Source: Paraspadella gotoi (lineage: Eukaryota > Animalia > Chaetognatha). Taken from it: a stretch of DNA of 64,000 bases. The notes beneath the pieces are model-generated. The model was not told the origin of the DNA and did not search any database. It saw only the letters and a program-made list of their open reading frames with translations. Positions within the stretch are counted from its first letter, which is position 1. Each line of letters starts with the position of its first letter. The translations under genes and the position numbers were made by a program. The DNA is taken from assembly GCA_051294375.1 (NCBI GenBank), contig CM119265.1, positions 25,255,132 to 25,319,131 on the forward strand, written 5' to 3'. Shown piece after piece: positions 1 to 10,236 of this stretch.

Positions 1-1
1 A

Positions 2-562
2 GTTCGCGACATTCTGACCTCTTGCTGTTATCCCGGAAACTTTTTGAAACAACCCGTCGAATACTACAAATATCTATTGGTCAATTTGTTCGAACAAAAC
101 GAGTCCCATTATTTTTTAGTCGCCGTGTCATCTCTGCCACTGATTACATGGCTGGGATTTGTACTCACGAAATTTAGTAAAAGAATAATAAGTATCTTTC
201 TTAAAGTAGCGTTCGTGACGAGTATGCTCGGAGTTCATGTTTATTTTCACGGAATTCGAATGACGACGGCTACGCCTATCAACCACGGAGAATTGGCTAA
301 AAAATATTACAGAAAGTCGGTGCGTGAGATTTGCTATTTTCTCTCCGTCAAACTGCCATCCGAAAGTCCTTCGTTTATTTACTTTTATGATATTTTAAAA
401 GCTTTACTAGACAAGCTCCGGGACAAAAAGGGACCCGAAGAAGTAGATTTGCGTTTCACTGAATTTCTCGACCGAATCGATGCTGAATTCTATAGGAATT
501 ATAATGATTTACATATTTTTTTGATGCTGTTTCCAGTATTAGTAGTTTTTCTTTACTCTTAA
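2..562 (+). CDS. 5'-truncated ORF encoding an unidentified protein with 2-3 hydrophobic segments
   Basis: Frame is open from base 2 (VRDILTSCCYPGNFLKQPVEYY...) to TAA 560-562, 187 codons of non-repetitive sequence in AT-rich DNA. Hydrophobic stretches include YFLVAVSSLPLITWLGFVL and LHIFLMLFPVLVVFLY. No family recognised. Confidence 0.45.
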   Translation, partial: VRDILTSCCYPGNFLKQPVEYYKYLLVNLFEQNESHYFLVAVSSLPLITWLGFVLTKFSKRIISIFLKVAFVTSMLGVHVYFHGIRMTTATPINHGELAKKYYRKSVREICYFLSVKLPSESPSFIYFYDILKALLDKLRDKKGPEEVDLRFTEFLDRIDAEFYRNYNDLHIFLMLFPVLVVFLYS

Positions 563-2369
563 GTCTTTGGTTACGTACGATATTGTTTATATTGAATTTT
601 TTTTAAAAACTATACCCTTTTAATTAAAATAAACAAATACGTTTGGGCATACACTAATGAAGCCTTAGTTACAATAGAAGTTATAAATGCCATATACTTA
701 TTAGGATTATATCGAGTTAATGGTATTCATAATAAATTAATCATATTATTCCACTTTTATGAATAAAATGAAGTATAAATAACATTGCTCAAGTTAAAAT
801 ATTTTTATGCAAAAAAAATAAAAATATTGTTTCTAACTCAATTTTAAAAATGAAAGTTTTCACAACATCTATTATTTTATGTCAATAAGTTTGTTTAATT
901 TTGTTTTTCAGACTAATCAAACAAACGGCCCACGCGTTAGACGAAGTTTTCGCCCCAAATATGTACGCGATTTCTTTCCAAGGACAAAAATGAAGTCTCT
1001 TGATTCAATGTTTGTAAGAATTTATAATTTTACGATTTTTTAAATCAACTCAGATGCACTTTTGTTNNNNNNNNNNGAATTTTCTATCTGTGTTCACCTA
1101 TATTCGTGGATTGTAAACAATAAACAGAAGAAGTAAATCTTTTTGTAATCTAGGTTTTAAGGTTGTTTTTTTTATTAAACCATTAGTTCGAACGAAGATC
1201 AAAAAATGGCATTGGAATCGGCACAGATGTCTGGACGTTTAGCAGAATTCTCTGAACAAAAAAAAATTATAATACTGTTGCAGAAAATGTGAGAAAATTG
1301 GATTGGTATGCTTTTTTAAAAAAAAGCCATACGTATTTATAAAATAAATATTTTGAGACAGCACTCGGCCAGGCCCTGTTTACTAAGAAAAGTATCTAAT
1401 TAATGTTTTTTTAACCAACACTTTCTTGAGTTAACAGTTAATTTTTAGTATTTTTACCATTCTTTTTGTCATTTAAATATTGAAATGCGGCTTAAACCAC
1501 GAATGAAATAAGGTCTAGCATCATTCGAAAGGAAAGGGAGGAAAAGGTACAACCATAAAGCAGATTGAGTATTTGAAAGGGCAGAAGGTTTACGCTGGCA
1601 ATCTTGTCAGTTCTCTCGAGACTGCGGGTTTCGTGTTTGTTGCAACAAAAAAAAAAAGGTTGCTGCGAAGATGCAACAAAAATTTTCGGAAGAAAGACGA
1701 GGGAAATGTACAGAGGTTAAAAAAAAGAGGAATGGATTAAAGGCAAAGAAAATGTNNNNNNNNNNNNNNNNNNNNNNNNNCCTGTTTCTTGCCCTTCTCT
1801 GCCCTTTGTACTTAATTCTTTAACCCTTTACTTCTGTATTTTCTTTTTCCCTTTTTTTGATCTTTCTTGTCCCTCTTTTCTTTTTCTCTGCCTTTTCCAT
1901 TCTCCTTCTCCAATTTTCTCCCTCTTTCCACTACACATATGTTTTCGCACGACCACAGTGTTCTTCTACTTAAGCAGACTTTATTTGTTTTTTTCTTTCC
2001 CTCGTCTTCTGGTAGCAATATACGGACATGTTGAGACGCTCTTTCATTCTTATAGCATTTGTAACAAGAGAGAAAACGATAGGTTCACGTTTACAATGTC
2101 ACCTTATCCTCATCTTTCCCCTGTCGGTATCGGGTTCGCCTGCAAGTGCTTTATCATGCTACTATATTCCACCTCCATTTTTCATCTTTATCTTTCTTCA
2201 CACTTTATTTCTCTTCTTTTACTATTTTCATTGCTTCATAACATTATTTCTCTCCTTTTTTTTCCGCTTTTTTCCCCCTCTTCTTCCTTCTCATAAAACA
2301 TGTTTTCCGATCTCGCCGCCCACTAGCCCTTCCGTCACTCACCTTACCCCCCGACGACATGTCCGCTGC

Positions 2370-3195
2370 ACCCACGTGCCTCCTCCCAAATCCGACCGCG
2401 AATGTATCCAAAGTTCAATGTCTGTCTACGAAGTCGCTCCGGAAGAGTCCAGGCCGATTGCACGTTGGACCCAAGCAGAGACCTCTATCTTCGGCATCTC
2501 AGCGAAAAACAAAAAGTCAGTTTTTTATTGTCGGGGGGCCGAATGCAAGTATGCAAGATCTTTATCAATTCAGAGTCCAGATGTGTCAAATGTGAATCGG
2601 GTAAATTGACTTAATAAGAAAACTAAAGAATTCTTTCGTAAGAGATTATGGAGGCCTTAAACCCACCAAGCCTGGTTAAAGGTCAGGGGAAGCTAGAAAG
2701 GATGAGCGTTACTTATGATTTGAAGTGAATAGGATATAGCCGAATTAGTGTATATTCGTACGGTACTCTAGTTTCTATAACTCAGTGTAAGCTCATGACA
2801 AGCCAATTTAAGGATCCTCTTGCGCGCAGCAAGAGACTGTCAGAGGATCAGGATGAACTACTGGTTAGATGTCGATGGGTAAGGAAAACACTGACAGTGT
2901 CGAGGAGTGCAGCCGCCGCTGTGGAGAGTCGGACGAGTCTCTCCTCGCTGGCGATTGTGGCGAACTTTGGTCGACCCTGGTATAAGAGTTCGCTCGGGTG
3001 GCGTGCATCTGATGTGATGATGAAGGTCTGGGTCTCTCTCTCTCTCGGGTCTCGATTCTCTTCTCGTTAATGCTCTCACCGAATCTCGTCTCCTCGTTGC
3101 TCTATCTCCCAAGTTACTCCGCCGCTCATATGACGGAGGCATCGATCAAATCCACTGTGTATTCCCTTTATTTCCTCCGCCCAACAACACCTTGA
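2370..3195 (+). pseudogene. Degraded inverted copy of GT31 exons 7-9 (pseudogene fragment or, more likely, unpolished read artefact)
   Basis: SVYEVAPEESRPIARWTQAETSIFGISAKNKKSVF mirrors NSVYEIASGKVMGRFTGPKAETSIFGHLTKNKKSVF of the intact exon. 3113-3195 mirrors 10083-10168. Many frameshifts. Confidence 0.75.
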
Positions 3196-3694
3196 AAGAC
3201 ACTGTGTCGTGCTTCAAAGGATCAAAGCCTCTTTTAAATTCGTCCCAACTCTTGAATAAATCTCGACGTATACGGGACGGATGGACAGACGGACGCGAGA
3301 TATTTCAGCCTCGTTTCGTCCACTGACACGTCGAAGCGATCTTCACTCACTCCCGTCCACATGAAGGGGGGGGAGAAAAGGACTACAAAATTCCCCTCCG
3401 TCATCCTTCCCCCGCCATCCGCCTTCCTCCTCCTTTTCTTCGATTGTCACCGATAGCAAAAACCGTAGATGTATTACATTTTTTTAAATTTTAACATCCG
3501 ACGCCTTAAAAAACGATTTCGTTGTTTAGGTCTGTTTTAGAACAAATGTTCGTTTTGTTTTTCTATCCATTACATGACCAACTCCCCCCCCCCCGGTTCA
3601 TTCCCCCCCCCATTTCGTCTTTTCTTATTAAGATCCGTTCTTCAATTTTTTTTTTATTTCTTTCTATTTCATTTTGTCCTATTATGATTCATTC

Positions 3695-3898
3695 GGTTCC
3701 TATTTTCCGAGAGCGACCCATTTGTTTTCCTTCATCCAGGAATTTAATTTTAATCTTTAATTATTTATTTAAATATGTTTTTAAATGGGTAACTAAATCT
3801 TGACCTTAATCCATTACCCTAATCCTGAATCCTAACTTAATCCTTAATCCTTATACCTTAATCTTCAGATGAAATGGGGCGTTCTTGGAAAGTAAGGC
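3695..3898. mobile_element. MITE family 1 (imperfect ~28-bp TIRs, degenerate TAACC/TAATCC interior); mirror copy at 9372-9569
   Basis: Left end ggttcctattttccgagagcgacccattt; right end aaatggggcgttcttggaaagtaaggc. Confidence 0.6.
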
Positions 3899-4063
3899 TG
3901 CTCATTCTTTTATATTTGGTATTTCATTTATTGATTGATTCTCCCATATTTGATTTGTTCTCACGTTTGTTCTCCTCGTATTCTCCTACCATTTGACTTC
4001 CTCCTCCTTCTGTCTCTGACTGTCTCTTATTAGAGTCTTACTTTTCTTTTTAACCTTTCCCTC

Positions 4064-4447
4064 TTTTTAGTTGGCGGCCGCGAGTACTCGCGGAGCAACT
4101 GTAAAAGAAGCATTTTCGGTCGATCGGGTCCGTCGGTGTGTGCTGTCGTCGGTCTGTGCCCATTTGGCGTTAAAAATGTTTATAACTTGCATATAGTTGT
4201 TACTCATGATCATGAATTGTCTAAAGAATGAAAATTCTCAATTAGTGACTACTAGCGCCGCCTTAAGGAAATGCTAAAACTATAGAAAATAAATCGGAAT
4301 TCCGATGCAGGGCGTTCAAAAATACATGGGCTAAGAAAATTATTGTAGTCATGTCACGTCATGTCATTTCATGTGAATCATGTCATTCACGAAAATACAC
4401 GTGATAAGGCAGTTACTGCAACACACATTTGAATTATACTTCTTGTT
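4064..4447 (+). mobile_element. HINE-like element (mirror copy in the left palindrome arm)
   Basis: Reverse complement of 8822-9204. Confidence 0.55.
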
Positions 4448-6424
4448 TTTTCTAATCTTTTTCTCTCTTCTTTCTTTTTTCTTGAACCCAGTATCGGTCA
4501 TTCTCTTTTCCTTGCTAATTCAACCAGTGGCATGTGTGATGGAGATTGCATATTAAGTTTAATATGTTGTGAAAAACAATTGGTAAATATTTTTAGTTAG
4601 AAGAATATTGGTTGGTTGTTTTCACATTTCTACTCCTGAAAACTACCAGGTTAAAACTTTTAATTTGGCCTTTATATTAATTATGGACTAAAAATATTAA
4701 CACATTAAATTAGTTTATTCAAAAGAGATCAATATTACTGCGAAATAGCAAATGATCGGCGGGGCCTAGTTTGTTTACTATTATTTATTTTTTTATAACT
4801 AATTTTAATGTAAAATGTAAACAAGGCAAGAACAAAAAAACACTTATTTTTTATTACTAGATAACTTAAAATAAAAATAAATATATATAAGTGGAAAAAT
4901 ATATTCCAGCAAAATTGAATTATGCCGACCCAAGAGGTACGTGCTGCATTTCAAAATAAAAGAAGTAGTTTGCTATTTTTTTCTCTTTCTCTCTTCTCAT
5001 TCTGATTTATGTTTTTGCCGAGATTTCCCGGCGTTTAAAATTTTGCGAAATTTTAATTTGGTTTCTCTTTTCACCCGCGGTTGCGACTTTTAAATCTTAT
5101 CGTAGTAAACTTGTCCACGGTTCCTTTTACATAGATTTAATCGGCACCGAGTGCACAAGAATGAGATGTCATCATCGTCGTCCATCATCATCATCATCAT
5201 CTCCATTCGTTCATTTATCTTCCAACGCTTTTCTCAATATTAATTCTCTTTAATCTGCGAGACTCAAATTATTCAATATTCATTCTAACCAAATCATTCA
5301 TTTTCCTTTGAATCATTCGACCTACTCATTACCCAATAGAGTGGAGCATTTGAGAACAAAAAATTTGATTTGCAGTCAATTCAATAATACTTTTACGCGA
5401 GATGGTATTATTATTAAAAACAAAATAATTTTGTTAATATTGTTTCGGAACCAGAAAAGCAAAATATAACACATTTATAGTATTATCTTATAAAATAAAA
5501 AAATTTCAAAATTTTTAAAAGTTTTTTATTAAAGATTCAAATTTTTTAAAAAAGTTAAACCAAAATCATAAACGTTATCATAAATTTTTTTGTCTTCAGT
5601 GTCAAATTGGAAAAAAAGGTCAAAATTCTAACTTTTTAACTCTCTGTAGTAGAAACTATTATATGATAACCTTTTTCTCGTTTTTTCGCAGCTTTAATAT
5701 TAAAAATCATAAAACATAAATATTAATTTTTTTTATTTTTTATTTTATAAATCCGAAACTGTTCTTAAAATTAAAAAAAATATTATTTTAAAATTTTAAT
5801 ATTTTGTAAGGATATTGTTATAAGAAAAAATTCAATTTGCTTTACTGTTATGCTAAAAAAAATTTTTAAAGGGCATTGTTTTCTTTAATTACATATACGG
5901 AAGCACTCACTTAATCTTTCATCACTCCACCCTATACCAAATCATTCATCTTTTCATCACTCCACCCTTTATTCAAATCATTCATCCTACTCTAATCATT
6001 CATTCTCCCCTTTTCCCTCTCACAGGGAATCGCTTGTTATTTTCTTGTCAGTCGCTTTTCCTCACTTTTTCCTTTTTTCACAGTTTTTTTTTTTTTTCTT
6101 TGAGATATTTCTCCCCCTCCTTTTTTTTCCTCTGCAATTCTCAGCATTTTTCATGTTATTCTTTTTGTCATCTCCCTTTTTTTTTCCTTTTTTTTTTGTC
6201 CTTCTTTCTCTTCCTTTTTCTTGCCCTTTAACTCCTCTTTCTTTTTTTTGTCCTTTTTTGCTCCCTTTCTTTTTTTTCTTTTTTCTCATTTCTTATTTTT
6301 CTCCCGCCATTTTTTTTCCTTTTCGCTTCTTGACAGTGAGAAACGAAGGGACGAATCTTGATCGCTCCGCCTCGATCCGCCTCGATCCCGGGACAGAAAA
6401 TCTGCCATGAGCTCTCGCGGGAAT

Positions 6425-6655
6425 AAACTCTTTTCCTCCTTGCCCTTGCCCTTACCCCCCTTTCCTCCATCGCCCTTACCCCTCCGCCCCTTTCCTCCCT
6501 TGCCTTTACCCCACCGCTCCCTTTTCGCATTGCCTACCCCCCGCCCATTTCCTCCCTTGCCTTACCGCCCTCCCCATTTCCCCTCCTTGCCTTGCCCACC
6601 CCCGCCCCCTTTTCCTCCATCACCCTTACCCCCCCGCCCCTTTTCCTCCATCTCT
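6425..6655. repeat. C-rich ~30-bp degenerate minisatellite in the palindrome spacer
   Basis: Repeated cccttacccc(cc)gcccctttcctcc. Confidence 0.7.
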
Positions 6656-8821
6656 ACCACGAGCGAAATAAATCTTTTTTTGTGTGATTCTTCTTCATAA
6701 TTTATTCGTGATTATTTTTTATGGTCGAGTTATTTCTATTATTTTTTTTTGTTTTTTTGTTTTTTTTTTTAATTTTCAAAATATTTTCATACTTTTTCCT
6801 TTCCTTTTCTTCAACTTTATTTATTTTTTTCAAATTAACCTTTCTCCCGCGAGAGCTCATGGGCAGATTTTCTGTCCCCGGGATCGAGGCGGATCGAGGC
6901 GGAGCGATCAAGATTCGTCCCTTCGTTTCTCACTGTCAAGAAGCGAAAAGGAAAAAAAATGGCGGCGAGAAAAATAAGAAATGAGAAAAAAGAAAAAAAA
7001 GAAAGGGAGCAAAAAAGGACAAAAAAAAGAAAGAGGAGTTAAAGGGCAAGAAATAAGGAAGAGAAAGAAGGACAAAAAAAAAAGGAAAAAAAAAGGGAGA
7101 TGACAAAAAGAATAACATGAAAAATGCTGAGAATTGCAGAGGAAAAAAAAGGAGGGGGAGAAATATCTCAAAGAAAAAAAAAAAAACTGTGAAAAAAGGA
7201 AAAAGTGAGGAAAAGCGACTGACAAGAAAATAACAAGCGATTCCCTGTGAGAGGGAAAAGGGGAGAATGAATGATTAGAGTAGGATGAATGATTTGAATA
7301 ATAGGGTGGAGTGATGAAAAGATGAATGATTTGGGTAATAGGGTGGAGTGATGAAAAGATTAAGTGAGTGCTTCCGTATATGTAATTAAAGAAAACAATG
7401 CCCTTTAAAAATTTTTTTTAGCATAACAGTAAAGCAAATTGAATTTTCTTTATAACAATATCCTTACAAAATATTAAAATTTTAAAATAATATTTTTTTT
7501 TAATTTTAAGAACAGTTTCGGATTTATAAAATAAAAAAAAAAAAATTAATAATTTATGTTTTATGATTTTTTAATGTTAAAGCTGCGAAAAACGAGAAAA
7601 ACGGTTTATCATATAATAGTTTCTACTACAGAGAGTTAAAAAGTTAAGAATTTTGACCTTTTTTTCCAATTTTGACACTGAAGACAAAAAATTTTATGAT
7701 AACGTTTTATGATTTTGGTTTAACTTTTTATAAAAAATTTGAATCTTTAATAAAAACTTTTAAAAAATTTTGAAATTTTTTTATTTTATAAAGATAATAC
7801 TATAAATGTGTTATATTTTGCTTTTCTGTTCCCGAAACAATATTAACAAAATTATTTTTGTTTTTAATAATAATACCATCTCGCGTAAAAGTATTATTAT
7901 GAATTGACTCAAATCAAATTTTTTGTTCTCAAATGCTCCACTCTATTGGGTAATGAGTAGGTCGAATGATTCAAAAGGAAAATGAATGATTTGGTTAGAA
8001 TGAATATTGAATAATTTGAGTCTCGCAGATTAAAGAGAATTAATTATTGAGAAAAGCGTTGGAAGATAAATGAACGAATGGAGATGATGATGATGATGAT
8101 GACGACGATGATGACATCTCATTCTTGTGCACTCGGTGCCGATTAAATCTATGTAAAAAGGAACCGTGACAAGTTTACTACGATAAGATTTTAAAAGTCG
8201 CAACGCGGGTGAAAAGAGAAACCAAATTAAATTTCACAAATTTTAAAACCGCGGAAATCTCGGCAAAAAAACATAAATCAGGAAGTGAGAAAGAGAGAAA
8301 GAGAAAAAAATAGCAAACTTTACTTCTTTTTATTTTGAAATGCAGCCACGTACCTCTATTTGGGTCGGCATAATTCAATTTTTGCTGGAATATTTTTTCA
8401 CTATATATATTTATTTATAATTTAAGTTATCTAGTAATCAAAAATAAGTGTTTTTTGTTCTTCCATTGTTACATTTACATTAAATTTAGTTATGAAAAAT
8501 AATAATAGTAAACAAAACTAGGGCCCCGCCGATCACTTGATTCGCAGTAATATATTTCTCTTTTTGAATAAAGTAATTTAATGTGTTAATATTTTAGCCA
8601 TAAATTAAATATAAAGGCCAAATTAAAAGTTTAACTGTAGTTTTTCAGAGAGAAATGTGAAACAACCAACCAAATTCTTTAACTAAAATATTTACCAATT
8701 GTTTTCAAACATATTAAACTAATATGCAATCACACACAGCCACTGTTGAATTAGCAAGGAAAAGAGAATGACCGATACTGGGTTCAAGAAAAAAGAAAAG
8801 GAAGAGAGAAAAAGATTAGAA

Positions 8822-9204
8822 AAACAAGAACGGTAATTCAAATGTGTTGCAGTAACTGCCTTATCACGTGTATTTTTCGTGACATGACATGATATCACAT
8901 GAAATGACATGACGTGACATGACTACAATAATTTTCTTAGCCCATGTATTTTTGACACGCCCTGCATCGGAATTCCGACTTTATTTTCTATAGTTTTAGC
9001 ATTTCCTTAAGGCGGCGCTAGTAGTCACTTAAATTTGAGGATTTTCCATTCTTAACAAATGATCATTGAGTAACCAACTATATGCAAGTTATAAACATTT
9101 TTAACGCAAATGGGACAGACCGACGGACAGACACACCGACGGACCGATCGACCGAAATGCTTCTTTTACAGTTGCTCCGCGAGTACTCGCGGCGCAACTA
9201 AAAA
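8822..9204 (-). mobile_element. Helentron-associated non-autonomous element (HINE/DINE-1-like)
   Basis: On the minus strand: T-run start, palindrome agttgcgccgcgagtactcgcggagcaact, CGGT/CTGT microsatellite, (TGTCA)n, end gcaacacatttgaattaccgttcttgtt. Homologues at 4064-4447 and 17186-17385. Confidence 0.6.
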
Positions 9205-10016
9205 GAGGGAAAGGTTAAAAAGAAAAAGTAAGACTTAATAAGAGACAGTCAGAGACAGAAGGAAGGGAGGAAGTCAAATGGTAGGAGAATACGAGGAGAC
9301 AAACGTGAGAACAAATCAAATATGGGAGAATCAATCAATAAATGAAATGACCAAATATAAAAGAATGAGCAGCCTTACTTTCCAAGAACGCCCCATTTCA
9401 TCTGAAGATTAATGATTAAAGATTAAGTTAGGATTCAGGATTAGGGTAATGGATTAAGGTCAAGGATTTAGTTACCCATTTAAAAACATATTTAAGTTAA
9501 ATAATTAAAGATTAAAATTAAATTCCTGGATGAAGGAACAACAATGGGTCGCTCTCGGAAAATAGGAACGAATTGAATCATAATAGACAAAATGAAATAG
9601 AAAGAAATAAAAAAAAATGAAGAACGAATCTTAATAGAAAAGACGAAATGGGGGGGGGAAATGAACCGGGGGGGGGGGAGTGGTCATGTAATGGATAGAA
9701 AAACAAAACGAACATTTTGTTCTAAAAACAGACCTAAACAACGAAATCGTTTTTTAAGGCGTCGGGTTAAAATTTAAAAAAAATGAATACATCTACGGTT
9801 TTTGCTATCGTGGTGAACAATCGAAGAAAAGAGGGAGGAAGGGCGATGGCGGGGGAAGGATTGACGGAGGGGGAATTTTGAGTCCTTTTCTCACGCAGGT
9901 ATACCCCCCCCCTTCATGTGGACGGGGTGAGTGAAGATCGCTTCGACGTGTCAGTGGACGAAAACGAGGCTGAAATATCTCGCGTCCGTCTGTCCATCCG
10001 TCCGTATACGTCGAGA

Positions 10017-10022
10017 TTTATT
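10017..10022 (-). promoter_or_regulatory. Candidate polyadenylation signal AATAAA of the GT31 gene
   Basis: tttatt on the + strand, just 3' of both candidate stop codons (10083, 10040). Confidence 0.45.
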
Positions 10023-10082
10023 CAAGAGTTGGGACGAATTTAAAAAGAGGCTTTGATCCTTTGAAGCACGACACAGTGTCTT

Positions 10083-10168
10083 TCAAGGTGTTGTTGGGCG
10101 GAAGGAAATAAAGGGAATACACAGTGGATTTGATCGATGCCTCCCGTCGCTATGGAGCGGCGGAGTAA
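10083..10168 (-). CDS. GT31 putative terminal exon 9
   Basis: Acceptor ctctccacag|; the phase-1 frame gives (V)TPPLHSDGRHRSNPLCIPFISFRPTTP*; AATAAA lies ~60 nt downstream. Confidence 0.5.
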
Positions 10169-10174
10169 CTGTGG

Positions 10175-10236
<62 letters not shown>

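Larger units (their letters stand above)
1781..6421. repeat. Left arm of a ~4.5-kb inverted duplication (partner 6846-11255)
   Basis: 6301-6420 is the reverse complement of ~6846-6970. The match continues outward to the N-gap at 1756-1780 and to ~11255, and the left arm becomes more indel-rich away from the centre. Confidence 0.95.

Noticed and set aside
1200-1755. Possible exon fragments between the first two N-gaps
   Set aside because: Frames are short and broken at homopolymers, with no recognisable domain or consistent splice phases.
6424-6445. ctcttttcctcct at the palindrome turn resembles part of a PacBio SMRTbell adapter
   Set aside because: It is only a 13-nt low-complexity match that blends into the adjacent minisatellite, so it was not used as evidence.
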